A stretch of DNA of 20,000 nucleotides from Tricharina praecox (taxonomy: Eukaryota), in the NCBI RefSeq assembly GCF_024521635.1, contig NW_026250417.1, positions 857,126-877,125 of the forward strand, in the 5' to 3' direction. The notes beneath the pieces are model-generated. The model saw nothing but the letters and a program-made list of their open reading frames with translations, was not told the origin of the DNA and did not search any database. Both the position numbers and the translations under genes were made by a program. Of this stretch, positions 11,325-20,000 are shown piece by piece (the stretch's first letter is position 1; each line of letters starts with the position of its first letter).

Positions 11325-13083
11325 CGGAGCTGAAGACTCCCACCACCACCAAATCATCAAACCAGCAAATCAAGACCCACCCACTGCAGCAGTTTCCAAT
11401 CACATTTGGGAAAGATTCCACTAGTAAACGCTCGGTCGAACCCCCCGAAATGATAAAACTCGTGGCCTCGCAAAGGGGGTGCTCCTTTGAGGACTAAAAG
11501 GGAGGATGGCTTCAGCCTTCGGCGGTAAACGACAGGGCTTCGGATACGGACGGAAACTAGGAGGTAGGTAGTTATTCCCCAAGGGCTAAGGTAGACCTGG
11601 TATGTATGGGCTATCGCCGGCGCTGTCCCCTGGATCTTTTCAGCTGTGCCTCCGCGCTCGTTGAGTAGCCGTCGGGCACTTTCGCCGCAACGGCTAATGC
11701 CGCCGCCCGGGCCCCAAGCAATGGTCGAACCGGCAGATAAACCGGTTCTCCCTACTGCTCGATTCGTCCGGTGCATGGTGTGGAGGAGGGATGAGCAGCT
11801 GTCGGCGAGAGGAAACGGATGTAGTTAGTGTAGATGGTCAAGGCAGCCAGCGGGGAGGGAGCGAACTTGAGTGGCCTCTCTCGCTCTCTCTCTGTCTCTC
11901 ATCATCATCTACAGAATAGACCATCAACCTCTACCTCCTCTTTCTCCCTGTGGGTTCTCCTTTTCTCGACCGCTTTCCAGCCTGGGGAGGCATTGGCGAA
12001 AGAGCCCTCGCAAAAGTGGAACCAGCACAGAGCTACCTAGTCCATTCATCAGATACGGGCTCGAATTCGGATGGCTATGCCCCCACGATCGGTCCAGTTC
12101 AGTTTCGACTGAAAAATGAAGTTACTGAACCAGTATGCACCAAATTTAAGCAGTTGCGGCGATCTCGTCGGGCGTCTAGTCTGGTCTTCCGCCTCGACTG
12201 CGTTCAAGCTCCATTCTGTAGGTGATGGTTGTCGTCTTACATGCCCGATGCCGCTGAACCAACGCTCGAACGCAGGAACAGCCACAGTGCCAAGTGTACA
12301 CGATCCTCGGACCTCAAGGAAGAAGCCTGCCCCCTCTACCCCTTCTACTCCTAAGATTCAAGATCGACCCTTCCGTAGTTTCAACTTCAGAGACGACGCG
12401 GCGGCCCGTCTTGCGCGGTGAGCCCTGGGGTGGCCTTATGGTATTCATGTAAGCCACGGAAAACACCCTCAACTTCGCAACTTCACCACAGCGTCTCGGC
12501 CTCGCAACCGGCCAAAACGGTGACCGAGTTCTACCGTATTGAAACCCCCTCTCCGACTCCGAGCTCTTGACTCTTCGCGCGCGATATATCCTCCACAACC
12601 TCCCGGCACAGGCACGACTTAGCCGTCCTCCCCGCACCTCCCCGCTGCGGCGATGTGACGGCAACAAAACCGTCGGCCCTAGCTACCAGTGGTCTATGCC
12701 CGCCGCACGCCGCCGCACTCGGAAGGTTCTCTAAAGGAAGCTTCAACGTCATCGTTACGTTGCGTTCATTTTGAGGTAAAGTTACAGAGTTATAGTTTTC
12801 ACAAAGTTACCGTTTCACAAAGTCCAGAAGTTTCGATCCGACGCTGAGATTTAACTCGAGAAAACGTATGCCTAACCGTCTGGGCATATTTATGAAAGGC
12901 TATAACTCTCTCCAACTCCTTCCACTGTCCCCACCAACTGCTCTCACTGCTTCCACCCGCTGCTCCTCGCACCTGTACCCGCACCGACTCGCACCCGCAC
13001 CCGCAGCCGCACCCACTCACACTCGCACCCGCGCACCGTCACAATCCGTCCACGCCGCCCCGCATCCACGCCGCAACTCCGCA

Positions 13084-13560
13084 ATGAAGACGCCCACCCT
13101 CCTCTCGCTCCTCTCCCCACGGCGATGCGTGGCCGCTGCCAAGGCGCGCAGACGGAGCTCGAAGCCATGCAAACCATGCAACTCGTGCGTATCGTGCGTT
13201 TCGTGCGTTTCGTGCCCACCGTGCCCACCGTGCCCAGATTGCAAGCCGTGCAACCCATGCAACCCGTGCCAACCGAGCAAACCGAGAAACCCGTGCAAGA
13301 GCTGCGACCGCCCGTGCAACGTGCGCGACAGCGGCTACACAGTGATCCCCGAGGAGTATGTGGGCCAGGCAGGCGATGTCCCCGCTAGCTGGTGCAAGTG
13401 CTGCTTTGAGTGCGTGCTCATGCAGTCGATTGAGCTGGAACTGAGGATGGAGGATTTAAAGCTGGAGAGGGAGGGGCGAGAGGGGCGAGAGGGGCGAGAG
13501 GATGTCCAGACGGTTAAGAGGAGGATTACTGAGGCGGGGTGGGTGGAGGTGGAGGTGTAG
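13084..13560 (+). CDS. Cysteine-rich hypothetical protein with (XXC)n repeat, about 158 aa (the frame is open from the ATG at 12868, giving 230 aa)
   Basis: Single ORF with GC-rich third codon positions. It contains 12 consecutive XXC triplets (KPC KPC NSC VSC VSC VSC PPC PPC PDC KPC NPC NPC), further CxxC, a WCKCCFEC cluster and an acidic/charged tail. The 12868-13083 portion is low-complexity and UTR-like, so the second ATG is preferred; the start is uncertain. Confidence 0.6.
   Translation: MKTPTLLSLLSPRRCVAAAKARRRSSKPCKPCNSCVSCVSCVSCPPCPPCPDCKPCNPCNPCQPSKPRNPCKSCDRPCNVRDSGYTVIPEEYVGQAGDVPASWCKCCFECVLMQSIELELRMEDLKLEREGREGREGREDVQTVKRRITEAGWVEVEV
13162..13317 (+). repeat. 9-bp-period coding tandem repeat (NNNNNNTGC) within the Cys-rich ORF
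   Basis: Units such as AAGCCATGC, AAACCATGC, GTTTCGTGC x2, CCACCGTGC x2, AACCCATGC and AACCCGTGC; the period is a multiple of 3 and in frame. Confidence 0.9.
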
Positions 13561-13954
13561 GTTGGGATTGGGGTTGTAGGGGGGAAAGGCGATGGAGGTG
13601 GAGTGATTTGGCGCGTGGGATGAAGTGTCTATAGATGGTGATGGCTCTGCGATTTTTGCAATGAGTGTTGGAAGTTTGGTGTTCTTGTGATGATCAAGTA
13701 TTGGTCGAGATGGGAAGATGTTTGATGACAGACCATTGACGAGTCAATTCATATGTACAAATAAACAAAAGCAAACAAAGTCGAAAGCAATTAGTCTGAA
13801 GAAAAGACTAAACACACCCCAAACAAGAACATCAAATCGACCGCTCTCCTTGACAATGTCCCATACCACACTGCAACTCCCCACGAGCGCAGAAACGATG
13901 AATTGACCTAGTCATGCCACATCTCCCATTACTCACAGCGCCATACAAAGTTCC

Positions 13955-14377
13955 GGGACACACGAGGCCCCTTTCGTATCCACCGTAGAGCACACGAGGC
14001 CCTCCCATGGCTGAGCAACACGAGGCTCTCCCTGAGCACACGAGGCTCCCCACCAGAAGCAACACGAGGCTTCTACCATCCCAGGGCACACGAGGCCCCT
14101 GGAGCGCACGAGGCTCCGCACATCCCAGAGCTCACGAGGCTCTCCCTACTCGAGTCCACGAGACTCTCCCCGGGCAACACGAGGCCCGAAACCCTAAAGG
14201 GCAACACGGGGCCCTTCTTTCCTGAAGATCACGAGTCTCCGGAGCTCACGGGGCTCCCCACAACTTTGGCCGCTCGGGCTCACGGGGCCCGACGCGGCGT
14301 GAGCAGCACGGGGCTCGGATGGAGCAGCACGGGGCTCCGGTGGAGTTCACGAGACTCCATGGTGGCAACACGAGGCC
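13955..14377 (-). ncRNA. Candidate structured ncRNA (or ssDNA element): array of 18 stem-loops with conserved loop CYCGUG-N1-2 (N1-2-CACGRG on +)
   Basis: CACGRG cores at 13961, 13993, 14019, 14039, 14063, 14089, 14107, 14133, 14157, 14178, 14205, 14230, 14247, 14281, 14307, 14328, 14348, 14369. Each is flanked by a 3-6 bp inverted repeat whose sequence covaries, and spacing is irregular (17-34 nt). The repeats and hairpins are directly visible; transcription and strand are inferred. Confidence 0.65.
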
Positions 14378-14458
14378 GAGGTACAACCCGAAAGCAAGCT
14401 GTAGAGAGCACATCAGCATGAGCTCGAGCGCGATATCGAGGAGGGCATACCGCAAAAC

Positions 14459-14464
14459 TATATA
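14459..14464 (-). promoter_or_regulatory. Possible TATA box for a minus-strand transcript covering the hairpin array
   Basis: TATATA lies about 80 bp beyond the rightmost hairpin, with a CCAAT at 14496-14500 nearby. Short motifs, weak evidence. Confidence 0.25.
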
Positions 14465-17400
14465 CATGGCTCCTTAAAAACCGAATCGGATCGACCAATA
14501 ATAATTGACGACGTGACCTAGTGTCCATTAGCGTTGTTACCATCTTCCCCGCACCGAATCAACGAGTCACCTACAACTTTGCGTTCCACCACTCTTCCGT
14601 TCAACGGGATGCATCGAGTACTATCTCATTTAGTGGGCTTCCCTGGGGGGTCCACCACCTTTTCCTCCGCCGAGCACAATTATTTCGAAGGCGAATGCGA
14701 CGCGGATTGGATGCGGTTTCTGAAGCCGCGCCGCCAACAGTCAGTTCTGTTCCACAGTCATAGACCGTTTCACCATTCGCATCTGAGACTCACCGATGAA
14801 AAAGGATGAATGCGCCAACACAAATGAGAAAAGAGAGGGATATCGACAAATGCGGAGTCCAGCTCTGAAGGGTATCAGCTATTTCGCGAGTATCACAAGT
14901 ACTCGGACGTCCTAAAGATGGTATCGAAGCGACGGGGATCCATGCGTGGTATCGGTACGGTACGGTAAAGGCCTAGCAATGAAAGGGTATAGGTATGGTA
15001 CAGTCGAAATTATGAGGGTGATTACGGTGGACTCCGGAAGATAGGCCAGGTATTATTGCGGTAGAGGATCGCGAAAGTATAGCACGTCGAAGGAGTGGAA
15101 TGGCAGACGATCGGAAAGCTACGAAAGGGACATCGATCGAGTGCGCGGCGGTACGAATTAAACCTTAACTGGAAACCATTAGCCAACGAAAGAGGTCAGG
15201 AACACGACACGAACATACCTTTTTGCACGACTCGGTCGGCCCATGGCATCAGGTGCTCGGACGGGCATCAGTCGGTAATGATTTACGGGGAAGGCATTGG
15301 CGATACGGGGGGAGTGGGTTTAGCCGGGATGGCGATACCGATCAATCAGGGCGCGGCATTGGCAATTTACGTCTGGCAACGTTAGCGATACTGCGAAAAC
15401 AGCCGATGGGATGTCCGAGATTAAGCCTTACCAGGGTCACATTGTGCGAACGTAAGCCGGTCAGGGGTGTGGGGAGCTCGCTCGTCCGGGTTCGCTGCCG
15501 AACTTGCCGCCGCATACGAACAGCATCTTTACAGCGTCCTTGGTTCATCGGGCTTCGGAGGGCTCCTACATGTATCCCTAGAACATCGATTAGTCATAAA
15601 GCAATGCATGGAAAGGAATCAGCATACAAACTCGGTTGAGTGTCGTTGTACAGATCCGGAATGCACACATCGAATGTCGAAAGGCGGATTCACACATGGA
15701 CGAAAGCAAAACACACATGCTGCGGCAGTCATTAGTACCCCGTGAGGATACATACCAACGCTGCATCCGTGGTCAAGCATGGCGGCCCTCCTTGTCGATC
15801 CGACATTCTTTCCGACATCGAACCTATACAGTCAGTAGGCGGAGACCTACCGGGCATAGCCTCAATGGATGACCGGTGCGTTGGGTGGCAATGTCAGAGT
15901 CCAGTAGAACAGCCTTCGATTCGGCGTTGTCCATCCGGGATGGTACTGTGCTTCCAAAGTCAACGTAGAGAGGGTTTCATACGTTTCTCGCTCTTCCGTT
16001 CGGTGTTGAGTGTTGAACTGATCCCGAGCAGACAGCACGAAGATGTTAGTATATGATCCCGCGCCCAACACTGCACAGCTATCGCATCGCACCCCACTCC
16101 AGGGAACACATACGGATTTGGCCGGCGAAGACGAACACCTTTCCATGGGTGATAGGATTTGATGTGGTTCTCATTCGTAATCCTAAGAGCTCGAGCGTGT
16201 TTATCTAATACGTCTCAGCAACCGCTAACGTCGTGGACCTCCTGGCACTCCGCATGAGTGTGTCAACATACGCAAGTCCTTTAATTCCAATGCATGTCGC
16301 AATGCAGCTGACGATCGCGTGAACAGGTGAATCGAATGACGTCGATCCGGCAAGGGGGCGTATGGCTATCAAAGCCATCGCGAGAAACGAAGCGGGACAT
16401 GACGAGACGACAAAGGAGAATGAGAAGAAGAGGAAGAGGAATGCCTGCGAACGTGATAGGAAGGTGAAGGGAAAGTAAACGAGTGATGGAGAGTCTGTCG
16501 GGATGGTGGTTCACAACCCGCAGTTTTATACTGCTGGAAGCCCACCGCTTTCCACTTGCTACGAAACAATTATCACATCGCCCACCACCACCAGCAGCAG
16601 CACATGGTGCAGCGCATCATTCCCACGGAGGCGTCAGTCCTGGTGATGATGATGCCGATACCACACCACACGTGAGCCAAGAGCCAACCGCGGCACTGTG
16701 GTGGTGGTGTGAGGAGTGCGGTGCGACGTAATTCGTGCACATCCCACAGCTTCGCCAAAAGATGCCGCACGAGCTGGCCAATTGCAGCCGGCGCAAAACA
16801 GGGTTCTCCACTCGGATGCATCACGTAACGGGAAGTGGGTGTCGAGCGGAAACACGCTGATGAGCAAATGTCGTTGCTGCGATCGAGATTGCAACCTCAG
16901 GGGGTTTCTATTTTATTTTATTTTTGCCGAATTTCGGTGCCGTCACGCGATGACCACCCCACCTCGATTCTCGGCACAACCACCATCCTCGCAGCGGCGG
17001 CCGCTCAATGCGATGCCTTTCCGTCTCGCTGCCGACGGTGGCCGTTCCACTCAATGCGTCTCCTTCAACCCACAACCGCTATTGGTACAGTCAAGGTACG
17101 CATATAGTACCTTCGACAGCTAGGTACGTATAACCGGTACCAGAGCTGCGATGAGCTATAGCTCCACAGCTCCCAATCGACCCAAGACAAGCTTCGTGCT
17201 GCAGCCAAGACATACCAGCTTTTACCGCATCCGGTGCTCGCGGCCCCGGATTCTGCAACTGCGAACGATCGGCAGATGGGATCACCTCTCCTTGGTGGCA
17301 CCAGTTGTGCAAAGTCGGAACAGGTTTTGTGCGGCGACCAAGGCGCTACCCCGCATTTTGTCACACGACCCGTGCAGCGGAAGTGTGGGTCGCTAGTGGC

Positions 17401-17794
17401 CAACTGCCTGGATGGGCACGGACTGCATTCCGCCGCCCGACTCCGTCCACCGTCCAGTCACCCCACCATCACCACCACCATCAGCCCAATTTCCAAAATG
17501 CACCACTCGGCGCATTGGCACACCACCCCATCATGAGTTGCGCCTTGGCCGTTGGGGGCGCACCACATCCCCCGGAGAAGGATATCGCACTCACCATAGA
17601 CTCGACGTTGCCGAATTCCCTTTTATACCAAACAGCATCCACCCACTGTTGTCATTCCCCTTCTCTCCCATCACTCTTGATCTCTGACAGAGGAAGTACG
17701 TACTGCCTTCAAAACCCATTCATCAGACCACTCGCGCATCTATATTTCCCCGTTCCGAAATCAATTCCTACACCCACCCACCCACAATCCCAGA

Positions 17795-18550
17795 ATGCCT
17801 TCTAAGAAGAACGCAAAGGCGGCCACCGCCGTAGAGACACCAGCTCCCGCCACCACCGAAGCTAAGGATGCCACCACATCCGACATGCCCGAGGGCCCCG
17901 CAGACGGGAAGAAGCATCGCCGCGGAAGCTCCGTCTCGGAGAGTGTAGCCTTCAAGGCCGAGGAATTGGGTACGCACATCAATTCGACCGAGTCGATTGA
18001 ATTGCCGTCATCACGGACCTGCCGCTGACGATCGTCTTCCTATGTAGCTGCCAATAAGACGCAAATAACAATACACAAGGACGTTCCAAGACTCAATTGG
18101 TTAGTCGAGCTTCACTTCACCAATGCGCTTCCAGATCAGCGTGTGCTGATACATAGCTTGGATTGTAGGAAGATGAACACCTCTCTCACAACAATCGACG
18201 AGTTCAACCTCGACGTGCCACTCACCAACCCACCTCTGAAGGCTGTCTACATCTGGTTCCCCAGCGGGATTAAGATTACTGCCCGGAACCTGAAGCATGG
18301 CGTCACGATAAAGGACGCCTTGAAAGCCATCTACAAGCTCTACCATAAGAAGGTAAGAGAATGCATTACCCCTGCCCGATGAGCTTCCGGCTGATTGGAC
18401 TTGAAGGCCGACGACGAGCTGGACTTGCCGGTGCTGGACACCATCGAGTGGACGCAGTTCTTCGCCGAAGACAGAGAGAACTGGGGGGCCGTCTTGGTGA
18501 AGCAGAAGAAGGAGCAGGCCCCTGTCACCAAGAAGAAGGCCAAGAACTGA
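17795..18550 (+). CDS. Small hypothetical protein, 4 exons, 184 aa
   Basis: Exons 17795-17969, 18048-18099, 18169-18352, 18407-18550 (555 nt, in frame). Introns: GTACGC..GCTGAC..TAG, GTTAGT..GCTGAT..TAG, GTAAGA..GCTGAT..AAG. Protein: disordered Lys/Ala/Thr-rich N-terminus, HRRGSS, then WKMNTS...PPLKAVYIWFPSGIKITARNLKHGVTIKDALKAIYKLYHKKADDELDLPVLDTIEW and a Lys-rich C-terminus. From memory it resembles an uncharacterised Pezizomycotina protein family; not verified. Confidence 0.88.
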
Positions 18551-18796
18551 GCATGCTCAGGTCCCATTTGTGATGACCAATGTTGTCACTGAGACATTGT
18601 TGATGCTTGCATCACGTTTCTCTACTTTACCACGTGTGATCGATGGTCACTTTGGTTTTTGGGAGTTTTGGCTTTTGGTGTTTTTTCTCTTTCATATCTC
18701 TACTCTGCTCTGTTGGAATAATCCTTGGAATATATTCCTCCAATATACATCGGCTGCGGTTCTCGAGCATTCGTTTCCCTCATGCACTCCAAAATC

Positions 18797-20000
18797 TCAT
18801 AGTGTGTCTTGCCGTAGAGACTCCTCCGCGTCGATATCCTCCGTGAGTTGCCTCGAGATGCGGACCAGCTCCCCCTCCAGCTCCACCAACTTGTCGGCAT
18901 CCAACACTGGTATAGCCGGCGTATTCTCCATCCACAGCTCGCGCTCGGGACCTCCCCAAAACACCACATCCTTCTCCAGCGGCACCTCGATCTCCCACGG
19001 CTCATGCACCTTCCTGAACTTGACATCCGCTAGCTCCTTGATCTCCCTCCGCAGCCTCATGCGCGACTCCGACGCCTTCAACGCCGCCAGCGTCGTCTCC
19101 AGCGCCATCAATATCTCCTCCCTTAAGCGCTTCCCCTCGTCGCCCTCCCAGTCAAGTGCGTAGTACTCATCCGCGGCCTCATCGTGATACCTCCACCCGT
19201 CCTCACCCCGATGCACGCGTTTGCACCGCCCATCGAGCCTATCCTCCAGCGCGCGGCGACACCCGGCAATCTCTTGTGCATCGCCGAGCCCAGCCACGAC
19301 CAGGCACGCGCACAGCGAATGCATCAGCTCCCTCCACGCGTCCATCGTGAACGCGGTGCAGTCCTTACACGGCGCCCAGTTGCAGCGCTCGATGTTGTTC
19401 GCCAGCAGGCGGGCCGCGAACGCCGAAGACTCGGGTTCGTTCTTGGTGGCGAGCAGCGGGGAGAGCTGCAGGCGGCGGCGCCGGAGGTTTTTGGAAACCA
19501 TGTGCTCCATCCCCTTGTCGGCGGGAGTCGTGGGGTCCGCGCAGAAGCGCGCGAGGTAGGTTAGGTATTGCGAGGTGCGGCCGGACGCGGACATGGCGAG
19601 CTGCAGACGGGCGAGGTACTTGTTTACGAAGCCTGAGGTGGTGAAGCCAGAGGGGGCGATGCGGAGGAGGGAGAAGTCGTTGATCAGGACGCGCTCGATG
19701 CGAACGTGGTCGTCGAGGCGAGTGAGGGAGTCGAGGAGCCCATCAAGGCACTCTCGGACGAGGTCGTAGGTGCGGGATTTTCCGGCTTCGAGGTAGAGCT
19801 GGATCGCACGTTGGAAACAGTGCGCAGCGGGTCCAGGCTCTGAATGGTCGTTCAATAGGGTGACGCCAAATTCGGCATGGAAGGCGGCAGAAAGAAGCGA
19901 GTAGTTTTTGGAGACGAAGGAAGTGGGTTTGCGGAGGACATAGATGTAGTGCCACCAAAGCTCTTTGGAGAGGTGCTCGTGATCAGTGTTCGGGAATATT
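18797..20000 (-). CDS. Hypothetical protein, 5'-truncated by the window edge (about 400 aa visible), possibly helical/TPR-like
   Basis: The 352-aa ORF-track frame stays open upstream of 19855 to the window end (IFPNTDHEHLSKELWWHYIYVLRKPTSFVSKNYSLLSAAFHAEFGVTLLNDHSEPGPAAHCFQRAIQLY...). The segment AAFHAEFG...AAHCFQRAIQL looks TPR-like. The stop is at 18799-18797, convergent with the 184-aa gene. Confidence 0.8.
   Translation of the reverse strand, partial: IFPNTDHEHLSKELWWHYIYVLRKPTSFVSKNYSLLSAAFHAEFGVTLLNDHSEPGPAAHCFQRAIQLYLEAGKSRTYDLVRECLDGLLDSLTRLDDHVRIERVLINDFSLLRIAPSGFTTSGFVNKYLARLQLAMSASGRTSQYLTYLARFCADPTTPADKGMEHMVSKNLRRRRLQLSPLLATKNEPESSAFAARLLANNIERCNWAPCKDCTAFTMDAWRELMHSLCACLVVAGLGDAQEIAGCRRALEDRLDGRCKRVHRGEDGWRYHDEAADEYYALDWEGDEGKRLREEILMALETTLAALKASESRMRLRREIKELADVKFRKVHEPWEIEVPLEKDVVFWGGPERELWMENTPAIPVLDADKLVELEGELVRISRQLTEDIDAEESLRQDTL

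Noticed and set aside
10870..11497. 183-aa minus-strand ORF and an antisense open frame (PKSKSKSNSK...)
   Set aside because: Both are partly produced by the AGTCCA microsatellite; no credible start, splice model or homology.
13961..14374. Cluster of bHLH N-box/E-box-like (CACGAG) DNA sites
   Set aside because: This does not explain the compensatory changes in the flanking inverted repeats or the variable 7-8 nt loop; kept only as a minor alternative.
13955..14377. CRISPR array interpretation of the repeat/spacer pattern
   Set aside because: The conserved part is only about 6-8 nt, linkers are short and irregular, there are no cas genes in the window, and the context is a spliced eukaryotic genome.
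13832..14543. Short ORFs overlapping the hairpin array (HEA/TR/LV-type peptide repeats)
   Set aside because: Unit spacing is mostly not a multiple of 3, so the motif drifts across frames; no single ORF spans the array.
14534..16056. Protein-like fragments (e.g. HNYFEGECDADWMRFLKP, EGYQLFREYHKYSDVLKM) suggesting a pseudogene
   Set aside because: They could not be joined into a consistent gene model or assigned to a family; tblastx would be needed.
16582..16711. Apparent inverted repeat CACCAC.../...GTGGTG
   Set aside because: Explained by complementary trinucleotide microsatellites; pairing is short and low-complexity.

Overview
Eukaryotic genomic DNA from an intron-rich filamentous ascomycete-type fungus (GT-AG introns of about 53-88 nt with CTAAC/CTGAC branch points). 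Most ORFs in the six-frame track are spurious or single exons. I assembled five protein genes by hand: (1) a 16-exon amino-acid permease of the fungal YAT/APC family (+, 4402-7075, 554 aa) with 9-nt and 13-nt micro-exons; (2) a convergent 2-exon RTA1-like membrane protein (-, 7838-8813, 303 aa); (3) an intronless Cys-rich ORF with (XXC)n repeats (+, about 13084-13560); (4) a 4-exon 184-aa hypothetical protein (+, 17795-18550); (5) a 5'-truncated, possibly TPR-like hypothetical gene (-, 18797->20000). The standout is a non-coding array at 13955-14377 of 18 short hairpins. Each has a conserved loop (N1-2-CACGRG on +, CYCGUG-N1-2 on -) and a stem that varies in sequence but keeps base pairing through compensatory changes, and the hairpins are separated by unrelated linkers. 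This resembles a multivalent protein-binding structured RNA (CsrB-like architecture) rather than a minisatellite or CRISPR array, and the internal mismatches favour the minus strand.
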